From an uncultured bacterium (GTDB lineage: Bacteria; Patescibacteriota; JAHJAL01): DNA of 64,000 nt. Shown here piece by piece: positions 1-9,827 of this stretch. The DNA lies in contig CALKWM010000020.1 in the NCBI GenBank assembly GCA_938004065.1, positions 1,813 to 65,812 on the forward strand, given 5' to 3'. Under the pieces are notes generated by a model that worked only from the letters and a program-made list of their open reading frames with translations, was not told the DNA's origin and did not search any database. The position numbers and the translations under genes are program-made. The stretch's first letter is position 1. Each line of letters starts with the position of its first letter.

Positions 1-304
1 CATCAATTTTTAAGCTTTGACTAGTGTTAGAAAAATTGGATATTTCTCCTGCGCTTTGAGGCACTAATGCCACTGAATCACTTGATTGATTAAGCTTGAT
101 AAGTTTGGGGTCGTCAGTATTAAGCAAAAATTTCGATTCATTATTTAACAACCATTTTCCACTTTTATCTATCCCGATAAGGATTGGGTTATATTTTTCT
201 TTATCAATTGCATCAAAAACATTTTTTGCAGATTGCAACGATACTTCATGCTCAGCTGATTTTCCACCGAACAATATTCCGATATTGATTTTTTTCTTAT
301 TCAT
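1..304 (-). CDS. ddl: D-alanine--D-alanine ligase, N-terminal portion; the gene continues past the window start
   Basis: The minus-strand reading from ATG (302-304) gives [51 protein letters not shown]..., the classic Ddl N-terminal signature. It is absent from the ORF track because it runs off the window edge. The listed 96..317 + ORF is antisense to it. Confidence 0.8.
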   Translation of the reverse strand, partial: MNKKKINIGILFGGKSAEHEVSLQSAKNVFDAIDKEKYNPILIGIDKSGKWLLNNESKFLLNTDDPKLIKLNQSSDSVALVPQSAGEISNFSNTSQSLKID

Positions 305-340
305 AAACTTCCTTTAAAAAGATATAAAGATGGGCAGTAT

Positions 341-472
341 TTCACATAACGTTTGCGTGTATGAGAAGTTTCGCCGACTTCCTCATTATTTTATCATAGA
401 GGAGGCGAAATTTGGGCGGAGGCTTTCGGAAGTATGGAGAAAGCCGTAGCCAGATACACGCTGTTATGTGTA
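341..472 (+). repeat. Module B variant (mosaic)
   Basis: It shares the 5' arm tatttcacataacgtttgcgtgtatgagaagtttcgccgacttcc and the ggaggcgaaatttggg block. Its distinct 3' part ends in cagatacacgctgttatgtg. Confidence 0.7.
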
Positions 473-621
473 GTATTGGAAAACAAAGTCGACGTTAGGA
501 GACTTTATGCTTTGGGGAATTTTTTCTAATTTCAAAAACTTTTATTTTCTTTGCGAGCGATAGCGAGCTCCTTATTTTAGGGGCGAAAAATTTTTAACGT
601 CGCAAAGCGACACCTTGTTCT

Positions 622-1236
622 TTACGGTTCAATTCCTAAAATTAAAAGCGGCACTGGTGGATTATTGCGACCATGACGAAGCACATTGTAAACTTCACCT
701 TCATAATAAGCCACACCAGAAGACATTTGCGATTGCATTTTTTTGGTTGGCAAAATTTCAATACCAAGATTGATCACACCACCTGAATAAAAAAGCAAAT
801 GCTTAACAAAAAGATCAAAAGCTACAAAAGCATATTTTCCAAATTGCACTTCGATTGCGATTTGATCTTTTACAAAATCAGTTTGCTTGTAGGAAGAAAT
901 TGGCTCTTTGTTGCCATGTTTGATTAAAAAATCTTTTTGTTCGGCATAAGGCAACACGATCAATTCATTCATTAGCTTTGGATCAGTCGTAATGTAGTAT
1001 TGATAGCGACTTTCGTGCCAATTTTTCGCATTGAACTTTTTGTTAAATTCCTTGTTAATATCTAAAGGACTATAAAGCATTTTGCCTTTCATTGTCTTTT
1101 CTTTGCTTTCTTTGGTTATAAATTTGTTGGCATCAATGCTTTTAATTGTGCTAATAATTTCATCATAAAGTTTTTTATGATGAACAATCAGATATTCTTC
1201 GCCGTTTAAATGTGAATATTTTTGAGCAATTTTCAT
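622..1236 (-). CDS. Putative Type II restriction endonuclease, BglII/BamHI-like
   Basis: The 204-aa ORF sits 12 bp downstream of a beta-class MTase. It has a candidate catalytic core TDFVKDQIAIEVQFGK, i.e. D...E-x-Q as in BglII, and the size is typical for this fold. Confidence 0.5.
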   Translation of the reverse strand: MKIAQKYSHLNGEEYLIVHHKKLYDEIISTIKSIDANKFITKESKEKTMKGKMLYSPLDINKEFNKKFNAKNWHESRYQYYITTDPKLMNELIVLPYAEQKDFLIKHGNKEPISSYKQTDFVKDQIAIEVQFGKYAFVAFDLFVKHLLFYSGGVINLGIEILPTKKMQSQMSSGVAYYEGEVYNVLRHGRNNPPVPLLILGIEP

Positions 1237-1247
1237 AATGTTAAGTG

Positions 1248-2174
1248 CTAATTGGTTAAAGCAAGACGAATATCATCGCCAAATTCAACGAAAATATTTT
1301 GTTGGTTATCTTCTTTTGGTTTGTAAATTGGCTGATTCATTGGTCGCGTTTTGAGTTGTCCATAAGATAAAAGGTTTACTCTTTTTTTCGCAATATCTAA
1401 ATATTTTTGTTCAATATCTGCTCCAGCACTTTTTCGATTATGTAAAAGTGAAGCAACAGCAGTTGTGCCAACGCCCATAAAAGGATCAAAAACAAGATCA
1501 TTTTCTTGTGTCATTGATAAAACAAGTCTTTCAATCAAGGCTACTGGAAATTGACAAGGATGATCAGTTTTTTCAATATGATTACTTTTTACGTTTGGAA
1601 TATCCCAAACATCTTCGGGGTTTTTCCCAAGCGGATTACACGAAAGCTCTCCTTGTTTATCTCCCTTAAAATGTTTTTTGCCAGGATATTTTTGCGGAAC
1701 ACGAACAGGATCAAGATTGAAAAAATAATTGTCGTTTTTTGTAAACCAAATAATCGTTTCATATCTTCCTGAAAAACGCTTGGAAGCGTGAAGACCATGG
1801 CCAAAACGCCAGACAATGCGATTTCGCATTTTCATTCCAAGTTTGTCAAAAATCGGATACATCACAATATCCAAAGGAATAATTGAACCGTTATCAACAT
1901 AATTGCCAGTTTGCCAACAAATACTGCCCTCTGGTTTTAAAATACGATAGCATTCCTTGATTACTTGTTCCTGAAAATCAAGATAGCTTTGTATTTTTTG
2001 TCGTTTTTCATATTCTTTTCCAATATTGTAAGGAGGAGAAGTAACGACTAATTGAACCGAGTTATTAGGGATTTGCTTGAGCAAATCCATGCAGTCTCCC
2101 AAATAAAGAGTTAAATCATTACTCTTTTTATATTGTTCGCCGATTATAATCTTTTTGTTAAATAATGTTTGCAT
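1248..2174 (-). CDS. Beta-class N4-cytosine/N6-adenine DNA methyltransferase
   Basis: Motif IV VVTSPPYNIG lies near the N-terminus and motif I DPFMGVGTTAVAS near the C-terminus. This IV...I order defines a beta-class amino-MTase. Confidence 0.85.
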   Translation of the reverse strand: MQTLFNKKIIIGEQYKKSNDLTLYLGDCMDLLKQIPNNSVQLVVTSPPYNIGKEYEKRQKIQSYLDFQEQVIKECYRILKPEGSICWQTGNYVDNGSIIPLDIVMYPIFDKLGMKMRNRIVWRFGHGLHASKRFSGRYETIIWFTKNDNYFFNLDPVRVPQKYPGKKHFKGDKQGELSCNPLGKNPEDVWDIPNVKSNHIEKTDHPCQFPVALIERLVLSMTQENDLVFDPFMGVGTTAVASLLHNRKSAGADIEQKYLDIAKKRVNLLSYGQLKTRPMNQPIYKPKEDNQQNIFVEFGDDIRLALTN

Positions 2175-2330
2175 AAGCCTTTTATATTTTAATAAAAAAT
2201 TTCTAATTTAATAATAAAGAAAATAAAAGTTTTTTCCAATTCGAAAAATTCCCCAAAGCATCAGAAATATTTTTTGTTTCTTTCTTTAAAATCAATTTAG
2301 GAAACAAAAATATTTCTGGTTTTCCAATAT

Positions 2331-2467
2331 TTCACATAACGTTTTCGAGTATGAGAAGTTCTGTTGAAGTGAAACGAAACAGAATTTGGGTTAAAAATAT
2401 TTTACGTTCATCTATTTAATTACTAAAAGGTAAAATATTTTTGCCTCATACTCGATGTTGTAGGATG
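2331..2467 (+). repeat. Module B variant (mosaic)
   Basis: tatttcacataacgttttcgagtatgag ... cctcatactcg keeps the same architecture with a compensated terminal inverted repeat. Confidence 0.7.
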
Positions 2468-2593
2468 TAAATTTTTTATCTGTATTTAAATTCGTTAAAC
2501 TCTGTATTACTTCTAAGAAAACTTGATTTTTTGTTTTAAAAAATTCCAGAGGGGCAAGGGGTGAATGGAATTTTTTAAAACTCCTTATTGTAT

Positions 2594-3085
2594 TTATGCG
2601 ATGATACTTTTGATAATTTCCTCAGTCGGCTTATTAGTTGTGATGTTAATGTGTTTTCCCGGCATGACCGAGTAATCAAAGCTTTCCGTTTCAATTTGAC
2701 TTAATAGTTTTTCATCAGCCTCCTGATGACACGCATGTCTTTCGCGCGACAAGACTCGATCTTTTCTAGTGATATTATCAGCACTACATATAACAAAAAA
2801 CAAATTAACTTTAAATTTTTCTTGCCATTTTTCAAAAATTGCAGCATCTTCTTTAAAATTGAATGGGCCTTCAATAATTAAGTCAACGCCGTTAGAAATT
2901 TGTTCCTCTGTGAATTTCAAAAGTAGGTTTAGGGCTTTCGGTGTCAGAACGTCCAAGACGTCGTGCACTGTTGCTTTGATTTTGTCCTTATGAAGACAAA
3001 CAATGTTTAGTTGTTTTGAAAGTTCTTTGGCGGTAGTTGTTTTTCCTGACCCACCTAGACCACAGACTACGATAAGCTTACTCAT
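2594..3085 (-). CDS. P-loop NTPase / predicted kinase (AAA_33-like)
   Basis: Walker A motif VVCGLGGSGKTT is present. At 163 aa it is a small stand-alone kinase-like protein. Confidence 0.6.
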   Translation of the reverse strand: MSKLIVVCGLGGSGKTTTAKELSKQLNIVCLHKDKIKATVHDVLDVLTPKALNLLLKFTEEQISNGVDLIIEGPFNFKEDAAIFEKWQEKFKVNLFFVICSADNITRKDRVLSRERHACHQEADEKLLSQIETESFDYSVMPGKHINITTNKPTEEIIKSIIA

Positions 3086-3086
3086 A

Positions 3087-3965
3087 TTATTCTTTGGTTA
3101 ATTCATAATCAACTTCGTTGATTCTTGTTTTCATTTTTCCGTCATTATCAATTGTTACAGAAATGCCCGCACCAAAATCAACGGGTAAATATCTATCTCC
3201 GATTGGCTCTTTAAGTAATTCTTTTTTCACGAAAGGACTAATAGTGTCATAATGAGTAAAATTAAAAATAATTAATCTGCTGTCAGGATTTGCTTCATGA
3301 AATTTTGCCGAATACCTCTGTAAAACAATTAAGAATTTTTTCAATCTATCTGCTGTTTCCTCTGGACCTTCAGCGTTCATTTCAAGGCGCACGTCCTTCT
3401 CTTTGTCTCTATCAAAAGCTTGCACAAAATCAGAGTTTTCAGGGTATAGCTCAGCTAAGTAGCTTCCAAAAGGAGAGCTTTTGTCTATGTCTGGTGATAT
3501 TCGTAGTCTGGCTGTCGGTCTAGGCATTCCTTGTCCAGTATTTCTGTATTCTCGGGTGTAATTTAGGAAGTTATTTTTATCAATATTATATTTTTCTAAT
3601 ATTTTAATAACTTCTTCTGAAAATATTGTTCCTGTTTCCATCGCACGCGCACCTTTGCCAGGATAAGTTGAATCACTTCCTAAAACTAAGAAAAATATCT
3701 TTTGCCGTTCGGATTCTGGAATGGTTTCGATTAATTTGATTAATCTTTCGCTAGATTCCTCTTTCGCTGCTTCACGTCCTTTTGGCGTTAATTTTCCATG
3801 TTCTGGTGAAGTACTATTTTTCTCGTGTTCTTGGTGTCGCTGAAACACAATCAACGTTTCGTTTTGTTTTAACGAATGACTTTCTAGGATATTTCTACTT
3901 TCAATTTTATTGATTTGGTTTTCAGGGCCTTTAAACATTGTATTTATATAATAATTATTCGTCAT
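3087..3965 (-). CDS. Histidine phosphatase superfamily protein (PGAM/SixA-like)
   Basis: LIVFQRHQEHE matches RHG-type catalytic Arg-His. LTPKGREAAKE matches the LTxxGxxQA region. FNFTHYDTISP near the C-terminus supplies the second catalytic His. The stop is 1 bp from the kinase gene. Confidence 0.5.
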   Translation of the reverse strand: MTNNYYINTMFKGPENQINKIESRNILESHSLKQNETLIVFQRHQEHEKNSTSPEHGKLTPKGREAAKEESSERLIKLIETIPESERQKIFFLVLGSDSTYPGKGARAMETGTIFSEEVIKILEKYNIDKNNFLNYTREYRNTGQGMPRPTARLRISPDIDKSSPFGSYLAELYPENSDFVQAFDRDKEKDVRLEMNAEGPEETADRLKKFLIVLQRYSAKFHEANPDSRLIIFNFTHYDTISPFVKKELLKEPIGDRYLPVDFGAGISVTIDNDGKMKTRINEVDYELTKE

Positions 3966-4090
3966 TTTATTTTCTTAAGAAATAGAATGACACCATATTA
4001 CCCCTCATTAATTAAAAAAATCAAATTTTCTGTCCCTTTAAAACCACCAAAGGCCTGAAATTATCACAAGATAAAAAATTTATTTTCTAC

Positions 4091-4248
4091 AACGTGCCGC
4101 GGCTGATCCGATCGTGGCCAAAGGCCGCCGCAGGCGAGCCGATGGACATGTCGGATAGCCGCTGTTAGACGACGTCGCGGAGCGACGGAGGATAACGGGG
4201 GCGAAGCCGCGGCACGTTAGACAACGAGCGAAGCGATGTTGGCTAACG
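4091..4248 (+). repeat. GC-rich palindromic repeat module A, copy 1
   Basis: About 158 bp. Its ends, aacgtgccgcggct...agccgcggcacgtt, are perfect inverted complements. Internal hairpins include ggcc-aaa-ggcc, ccga-tggacatg-tcgg and cgacgtcg. It is visibly GC-rich against AT-rich surroundings. Confidence 0.85.
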
Positions 4249-4251
4249 TTT

Positions 4252-4388
4252 GCGTGTATGAGAAGTTTCGCCGACTTCCTTATTATTCATTATAGAGGAG
4301 GCGAAATTTGGGTGAAAGAAAAAGTGCAACCTTTGAAAATATTTAACGCACTTTTTCTTGAACCTCATACACGCTGTTATACGCTGTT
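4252..4388 (+). repeat. Structured repeat module B, copy 1 (always 3' of module A via a ggctaacgt junction)
   Basis: gcgtgtatgag...ctcatacacgc is a terminal inverted repeat. Inner stems are tttcgcc/ggcgaaa and aaaagtgc/gcactttt. Confidence 0.8.
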
Positions 4389-5048
4389 TCGCCCGTCGTT
4401 GATTTCAATATCAAGCTGTTTAATATAATCTGTCATAAATTCAACAAGTGGCTTTGCAAATTGCCTCGCCGATTCAGTACTCAAATTGTCATAACAACTA
4501 ATCTGAAAGTTGATTTGGTCTATAATAAAATTGCCAATACCAATTCCACCGTCAAAGCGTTTGTCAAAATCAACCGCTTTCATTTGCCATGTTTCACCTT
4601 TAATATCGGCGACATCATATTCTGGTTTTGAAGATTTAGAAGTGAAAGCTCTCATGATGCCGACCGCACCAAACAAATCCATCATATCAGCATCACGCAA
4701 AATTTTTAATAATTTGCCTTCGCCTTCGCGGTTTTTATTGTGAAATTTTATCGCATTACAAATCTCGGCAATTTTATCTTGTGTGAGTAAATTATTTTCT
4801 GTTAAAAATTTTGCGGACATTTCAGCACCAACTTCGCCATGCAGATTGCGTTTTTCAGCTTTTGTTAATCCAATATCATGCATTAAGGCTGAAATTTTCA
4901 CCACTTCTAAATCTTCAAAACTTTCCTTATCGGCAATTTGCAAAGCCCAATTTTTAACACGAACAACATGTTTAAAGTCATGAGCAACTTCATTGCTCAT
5001 AACGCTTTTTACATAATCTTCCACTTGTTGAATTTTTTTATTTATCAT
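4377..5048 (-). CDS. HD-domain metal-dependent phosphohydrolase
   Basis: The H...HD...D signature is present as AHDFKHVVRV ... ALMHDIGL ... LRDADMMD. The true start is probably MINKKIQ (ATG 5046-5048). The track ORF's N-terminal extension runs into a GC-rich repeat and is likely spurious. Confidence 0.7.
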   Translation of the reverse strand: MINKKIQQVEDYVKSVMSNEVAHDFKHVVRVKNWALQIADKESFEDLEVVKISALMHDIGLTKAEKRNLHGEVGAEMSAKFLTENNLLTQDKIAEICNAIKFHNKNREGEGKLLKILRDADMMDLFGAVGIMRAFTSKSSKPEYDVADIKGETWQMKAVDFDKRFDGGIGIGNFIIDQINFQISCYDNLSTESARQFAKPLVEFMTDYIKQLDIEINDGRNSV

Positions 5049-5068
5049 GTTTGAAATTTTAGTATAGG

Positions 5069-5352
5069 GCGAAATTGCGTATAATGGGCGGCGTTTATGC
5101 AACGTCTTGTATGGACGAAATCGTAAGATTTCGGACAGACGGGATGTAGCGAAGCGGTGCATAAACGACAGTTGTGCGAAGCTCCGCCTAAGCACATACT
5201 GGCGTGAAACGCCGCCCATTGTGCAAAATGAAGCGAAGCGGAATTTTGCACAACGTATCGGCATATCTGATGTTTGCCGTAGCGTAGCGGAGGCAAATAT
5301 GGGTGGAGGCTTTTGTATAAAAGCCGTAACCAGATATGCCGTGTTAGCTGAT
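5069..5352 (+). repeat. Mosaic repeat module E (A-like 5' part + B-variant 3' part)
   Basis: It begins attgcgtataatgggcggcgttt (cf. attgcgtataacgtgccgcggct of A). Its stems are aatgggcggcgttt and aaacgccgcccatt. It ends with ggaggcaaatatgggtggaggctttt...agccgtaaccagatatgccgtgttagctg, as the 341-472 variant does. Confidence 0.7.
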
Positions 5353-5419
5353 GTATTCCTTTTCTTTTTTCCGACAGCAGTCGGAATTGTTTTAAAAAAT
5401 TTTCAAATTTCTTTTTACG

Positions 5420-5537
5420 TTTTGGATTTTGGGCAGAGGGGTTAGGGGTGAATGCCCAAAATTCAAAACACAATATTTCTTTTTCGTTTGAGGGAGGGGC
5501 AAGAGGGGAATTAAAGGGGTGAATTGCCCCGACCGAA
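5420..5537 (+). repeat. Twin-hairpin repeat module C, copy 1 (3' of a minus-strand gene)
   Basis: attttgggca-gaggggttaggggtgaa-tgcccaaaat, then ggggcaa-gaggggaattaaaggggtgaa-ttgcccc. Both are perfect stems. Confidence 0.8.
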
Positions 5538-5543
5538 TTCTAC

Positions 5544-6535
5544 TTACTTGTTTTTGTATGGTGTCCATTGGGGGTTTTCTTTGATATATTCTTTTAAATA
5601 ATTAAGCGTTTTATTAGAATATTTTTGCACTTTTGATGTTTTTCCAGATTTAATCGAGGTGTGATATTCAGGATTATTTAATAATTTTAAATGTTTTATT
5701 AATTTTTGAATAAAATATGATGTTACATTCATTATACGAGAAAGGTCTGATTGTAAAAATGGATAATCAACTTCAGGATTACTTTTTTTGACTAAAACTG
5801 TAAGTGATTCCGATGTCTTTTTTGCTTTATTTGTAGTAATTTCAGATTTGTATCCTTTTGACGTTTCTACTGGCACTATAATAACATTCTCTTGCTTGTT
5901 TGTATAATCGTTTATTGACAAATGTCGACCAATTCTAGCTTTTTTTTGTTTTGATTTTATGTCATTTAGCCAATCCTTGTGACTAATAAATGTATTTTCA
6001 TTTTCGGTTTCGGCAAACTTGCAAGCACGATCAAGAATATATAACGCTCTATTTTTTTCTGACTTTGATTTTCTTGAGTATGCAAATAATCTACCTATCT
6101 TGTGTGAGTAAAATGTATGATCTTTAAATGCGACAGATAGATAATTTTTATCAAACTTTATAAAATATGATCTAAATTCTTCCTTTAGAATTTTATGAAA
6201 AGATTTTAAAGACCAGTAAATTAAGTGAGTTATGATTTCATCATCAAGATCGGGATAAATATTATGTAGTGATTCATTTCTTAAAGATATAATTTGTTGA
6301 ATTGTTTGATTTTCTTCCAATGATATTAAATGAGCTACATGGTGTAATTGATTGACTGCTTTATTAAAATTGCCTTGGAAAGCAGTTCCCATGCTTGCGC
6401 ATTAAATATTACTGATGCTTGCCTAGAGTGCGATCCCTCAACTCTATTGAACATTTCTATGCTTAATTTTGCAGCGTTTATGGCTGTATTCACGTGGTAT
6501 TGATATTTCATTATACGTGATTTTCTTTTTGCCAT
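5544..6535 (-). CDS. Hypothetical protein split over two overlapping frames (6335..6535 and 5544..6392); possibly frameshifted, with an N-terminal R-x4-H (HEPN-like) motif
   Basis: The two minus-strand ORFs overlap by 58 bp in different frames, directly downstream of the large MTase. The upstream piece contains AINAAKLSIEMFNRVEGSHSRQ, an R-x4-H pattern. Confidence 0.3.
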
Positions 6536-6536
6536 A

Positions 6537-9500
6537 TTATTTTATTGAATTTTCTACAATTTCAATTTCCTCTGGCGTAAGTTCGTAGAGTTTATAAACA
6601 AGCTGATCAATTTGCGATTCAAGATTTTTAGTATCCGCGTCTTTATTTTGTTTTTTGAGAGTTAAAATTTGATCAACTAATTTTACTAATGAATCTTGTG
6701 ATTCCTGACTGTTACGAATAATAGGAATTTGTGACATAGAGCCATTTTTTTGAGCTAAAAAATATTTATATCCACCACCTGCGTCCTTACCCTCATTTTT
6801 ATACCAAAAATTTAAAAGCTTTGAATTTAAAATAGCGACAATGTATTTTAATGCTAAGTCTGAATTTTCTTTTTTTAATAAAACAGGAACATTACCCACG
6901 GTAAAATAATTATCATCATCATAACTAAAACGATTTTCATCTGAGCGATAAGGTGTTAAAATTTTTTCTTGTTCAAAAAATTCCTTTTTTCTTGGCCAAT
7001 TTATGCTATACCATGGTATCTTGCCACTAACGCACTCTCGTTTTTTTTCTAATAAAACACGATATTTTTCAAGGTGTTTTTTTATATTTGGATACTTTTC
7101 TATGTGATGATCTTTTGTTATATAAATTAAATAATGTCTTTTGCTTCTTCTATTGGTAGCAAATTTCTTTACTTCATCAGTTGTAATCCAATCTTTTATT
7201 AATTCCTTTTTTTCTTCCAAATTTGGGCTTATTTCTGTTAAATCATTTTCTGTTAAGATAAAAATGCCTTTATTGGCTTCCCAATTTTTATTATATTTTG
7301 TTGCCAAAGTATTTGTAACTTTATCCGCACCTGTAATTATCCCTTGTTTAATTTCACAATATTCTGAAATAGGTTTACCTTTTTTCTTAATTTTATTTAT
7401 TAAATCTAAAACATCGGAAGATTTTGCATTTTCTGCGGGGATATCAATAATTAAATCATTCCCTTTATATAATTGTTGTTGTTCGAGGGAAGCGTAAAGA
7501 GATTTTTTATCTGACCAATCAAAAATAGATCTAAGAATTTCCGAATCAGCAAAACCTTTATTTTGCGTGCTACATATATTCGCTAAAAAATTTTTATCTG
7601 TGTTTTTTTCTAAAATTGTTATTATATTATGTTGCCCTAGAGCTGATTTGAATATTTTTAAATCATTGAAATTGATCAACTTTTTTATTATAGTACGTTT
7701 TTTAAAATCTTCTCTCAAGATTTTTGCCCCATTGGAAGATAGATAATAATTTGTTGTTATAAAAGATAGTTGTCCACTTTCTTTTAACAAATTTAATGAT
7801 CTATGAAAAAAGAAGTAGAACAAATCCATTCTACGTTTGTAAAAATTACCAAGAGACCCCATTCTCACAATTCTAAATATTTCTTTATGTCCTTTTTCAC
7901 CAACATACGGTGGATTTCCTATCACAACATCAAAGGCTTGAACCCCGTGCATTAATTCCGGATCGTAAAATTCTGAAGATGAGCTAATATCAAACGGTTT
8001 ATAGCTTTTTAATTGCTGTGTTTTTTTGTTATCAAACAAACTAGCATTTTGCGTAAGCTTTAGATAATCCTTTTGCAATTTTTCTTTTTTTATTTTGCTA
8101 CTTGTTTTGAAATATTCATTCCGAATAGTTATCAATTTATCTTTTAGATCATGGTCGGTAAGAAATGTTGCTTGCTCAGTGTTATCAAGCGGAATAAGTG
8201 TGTTGGCGCAAACAAATTTAAACTCAAGGTTTGGCAATGGGTCAACCTTTTCACCTTCTGGAATATCCACAATTATTGAAAGCCAAGCTCGCAGACGAGT
8301 GATCTCAATGGCTGTTTGTTCAATATCCACACCATAAAGTGATCGTGATAAAATATCTCGTTTTAATCCCGAAATATCTTTTTCAAATTTTGGATCAAGG
8401 CGAGAATATACTTTCACGAGTAAATGAAGCATGCCCATCGGAAAAGCACCAGATCCAACCGCAGGATCAAGCACTGTGAGAGGAGATTCTGTTTTTGAGC
8501 CTTCAAGCGCTTTTATAATAGCTTCACGATACGGCTTCCAATCACGACGTTTATTTTGATCCTGATCACGGAATATTGCTTCAGGCATACGCACAAGCTC
8601 TTCTATACGACGATCACGATCTGGGGCTTCTGGAACTTTAGTCTTGAGATATTCAATCAAGGATTGCTCGCACATATAGCTCACGATTTCTCGCGGAGTA
8701 TAAAAAGCACCGGTGGCTTTCTTTTTGCTATTGCCCGTATTTTCGTCAATTTGCTCTGCAAGCAAACTCTCAAAAATACGCCCCAACATTTCAGGATCAA
8801 TAGCGACATGCTGGAATTCCGGACTACTTTCATCAACTGTAAAATTGTATTTATTTAAGGTTGTAAAAAGTTGATTAAAATAACCATTTGGAAAAGTTAG
8901 TTTTGGGTCGTTGAAAAAATCAGTCGTGTTTTTATCAAAAAGACCACCGTTCAAATAAGGAGTCAATTTATCGCCGTTATCTCTTTCTAGTTCTTCTCGA
9001 TTTAATACTTCAAAAAAAAGTTTTTCCAGTTGGTTTTTGTAGTATTCTGATTGTTTTTCCGGATCAATCACCGAAAAATAATTAACATTATTATTTACTA
9101 AATTTTTCTTTTTCAAAAACCAAATAAAAAGCAAACGTCCAATAAGTCTGGTCGTGAACATTACTGACTGTTTGCGTCCAAAATCTTTTTCAAGATGGTG
9201 TACTAAAATGCTAAAATGTTCAACCAATTCAAGGTAAAATTTGCGATTGATCGGTTCAAAGTTGAAGCTTTCCCAAAGTTTTGAGTGTAAAGTATTTTTT
9301 AATTCAGCCTGATCAGCAATCTCTAATTCGGAAAGTTTCGCCCATTGAGTAAATATTTCTAATTGGGTTGGGGTAATATGATCTTTTAATTCAAGAGCGC
9401 GAATCTTAAATCTATTAGAAAGCAAAACTATTATACTATCGCAGGTTTCTGGTACAACAAAATCAATCCCTATATTTTTATAATCATTTGAAAGTGCATC

Positions 9501-9824
9501 TTCAAAATTTGGAGTAAGACCAATAATCCACGAAAGATTTGTTTTGCTAGTTTTTTTGACCCAAAAAAGTTTAAGATCAACTGGTTTTCCGTCTTCGTGC
9601 GGTAATTCATACGCCGCCGCTTGGCGAGCAAAACCTGGAGCAAGTTGAAATCTCGTTAATTCCGCGTCTACGCGAGGTATATTTACCAAAAATCTGTCTG
9701 TGGTTTTTATATTGAGTAGCCCAACCAGTTCCGTCGTAATTTTTTCCGCGACATCAAAAGATCTTTCATTTGAAAGTTGTTTTAAGAGTTGGTCAAATTT
9801 GTTTTTTATCTCTAGGGTATTCAT
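6537..9824 (-). CDS. Large gamma-class N6-adenine DNA methyltransferase (Type IIG / PglX / Type ISP-MTase-like) with a long N-terminal domain and a C-terminal putative TRD
   Basis: GAFYTPREIVSYM (motif I/X region) and VIGNPPYVGEKG (motif IV NPPY) are present. About 350 aa precede the MTase core and about 400 aa follow it. The start lies 4 bp after the stop of the upstream helicase gene. Confidence 0.8.
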   Translation of the reverse strand: MNTLEIKNKFDQLLKQLSNERSFDVAEKITTELVGLLNIKTTDRFLVNIPRVDAELTRFQLAPGFARQAAAYELPHEDGKPVDLKLFWVKKTSKTNLSWIIGLTPNFEDALSNDYKNIGIDFVVPETCDSIIVLLSNRFKIRALELKDHITPTQLEIFTQWAKLSELEIADQAELKNTLHSKLWESFNFEPINRKFYLELVEHFSILVHHLEKDFGRKQSVMFTTRLIGRLLFIWFLKKKNLVNNNVNYFSVIDPEKQSEYYKNQLEKLFFEVLNREELERDNGDKLTPYLNGGLFDKNTTDFFNDPKLTFPNGYFNQLFTTLNKYNFTVDESSPEFQHVAIDPEMLGRIFESLLAEQIDENTGNSKKKATGAFYTPREIVSYMCEQSLIEYLKTKVPEAPDRDRRIEELVRMPEAIFRDQDQNKRRDWKPYREAIIKALEGSKTESPLTVLDPAVGSGAFPMGMLHLLVKVYSRLDPKFEKDISGLKRDILSRSLYGVDIEQTAIEITRLRAWLSIIVDIPEGEKVDPLPNLEFKFVCANTLIPLDNTEQATFLTDHDLKDKLITIRNEYFKTSSKIKKEKLQKDYLKLTQNASLFDNKKTQQLKSYKPFDISSSSEFYDPELMHGVQAFDVVIGNPPYVGEKGHKEIFRIVRMGSLGNFYKRRMDLFYFFFHRSLNLLKESGQLSFITTNYYLSSNGAKILREDFKKRTIIKKLINFNDLKIFKSALGQHNIITILEKNTDKNFLANICSTQNKGFADSEILRSIFDWSDKKSLYASLEQQQLYKGNDLIIDIPAENAKSSDVLDLINKIKKKGKPISEYCEIKQGIITGADKVTNTLATKYNKNWEANKGIFILTENDLTEISPNLEEKKELIKDWITTDEVKKFATNRRSKRHYLIYITKDHHIEKYPNIKKHLEKYRVLLEKKRECVSGKIPWYSINWPRKKEFFEQEKILTPYRSDENRFSYDDDNYFTVGNVPVLLKKENSDLALKYIVAILNSKLLNFWYKNEGKDAGGGYKYFLAQKNGSMSQIPIIRNSQESQDSLVKLVDQILTLKKQNKDADTKNLESQIDQLVYKLYELTPEEIEIVENSIK

Positions 9825-9827
9825 AGG

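Noticed and set aside
4377-5264. Full-length 295-aa version of the HD-domain ORF
   Set aside because: The first 72 codons run through repeat module E and encode Arg/Cys-rich low-complexity sequence. The internal Met at 5048 starts the recognisable HD protein.
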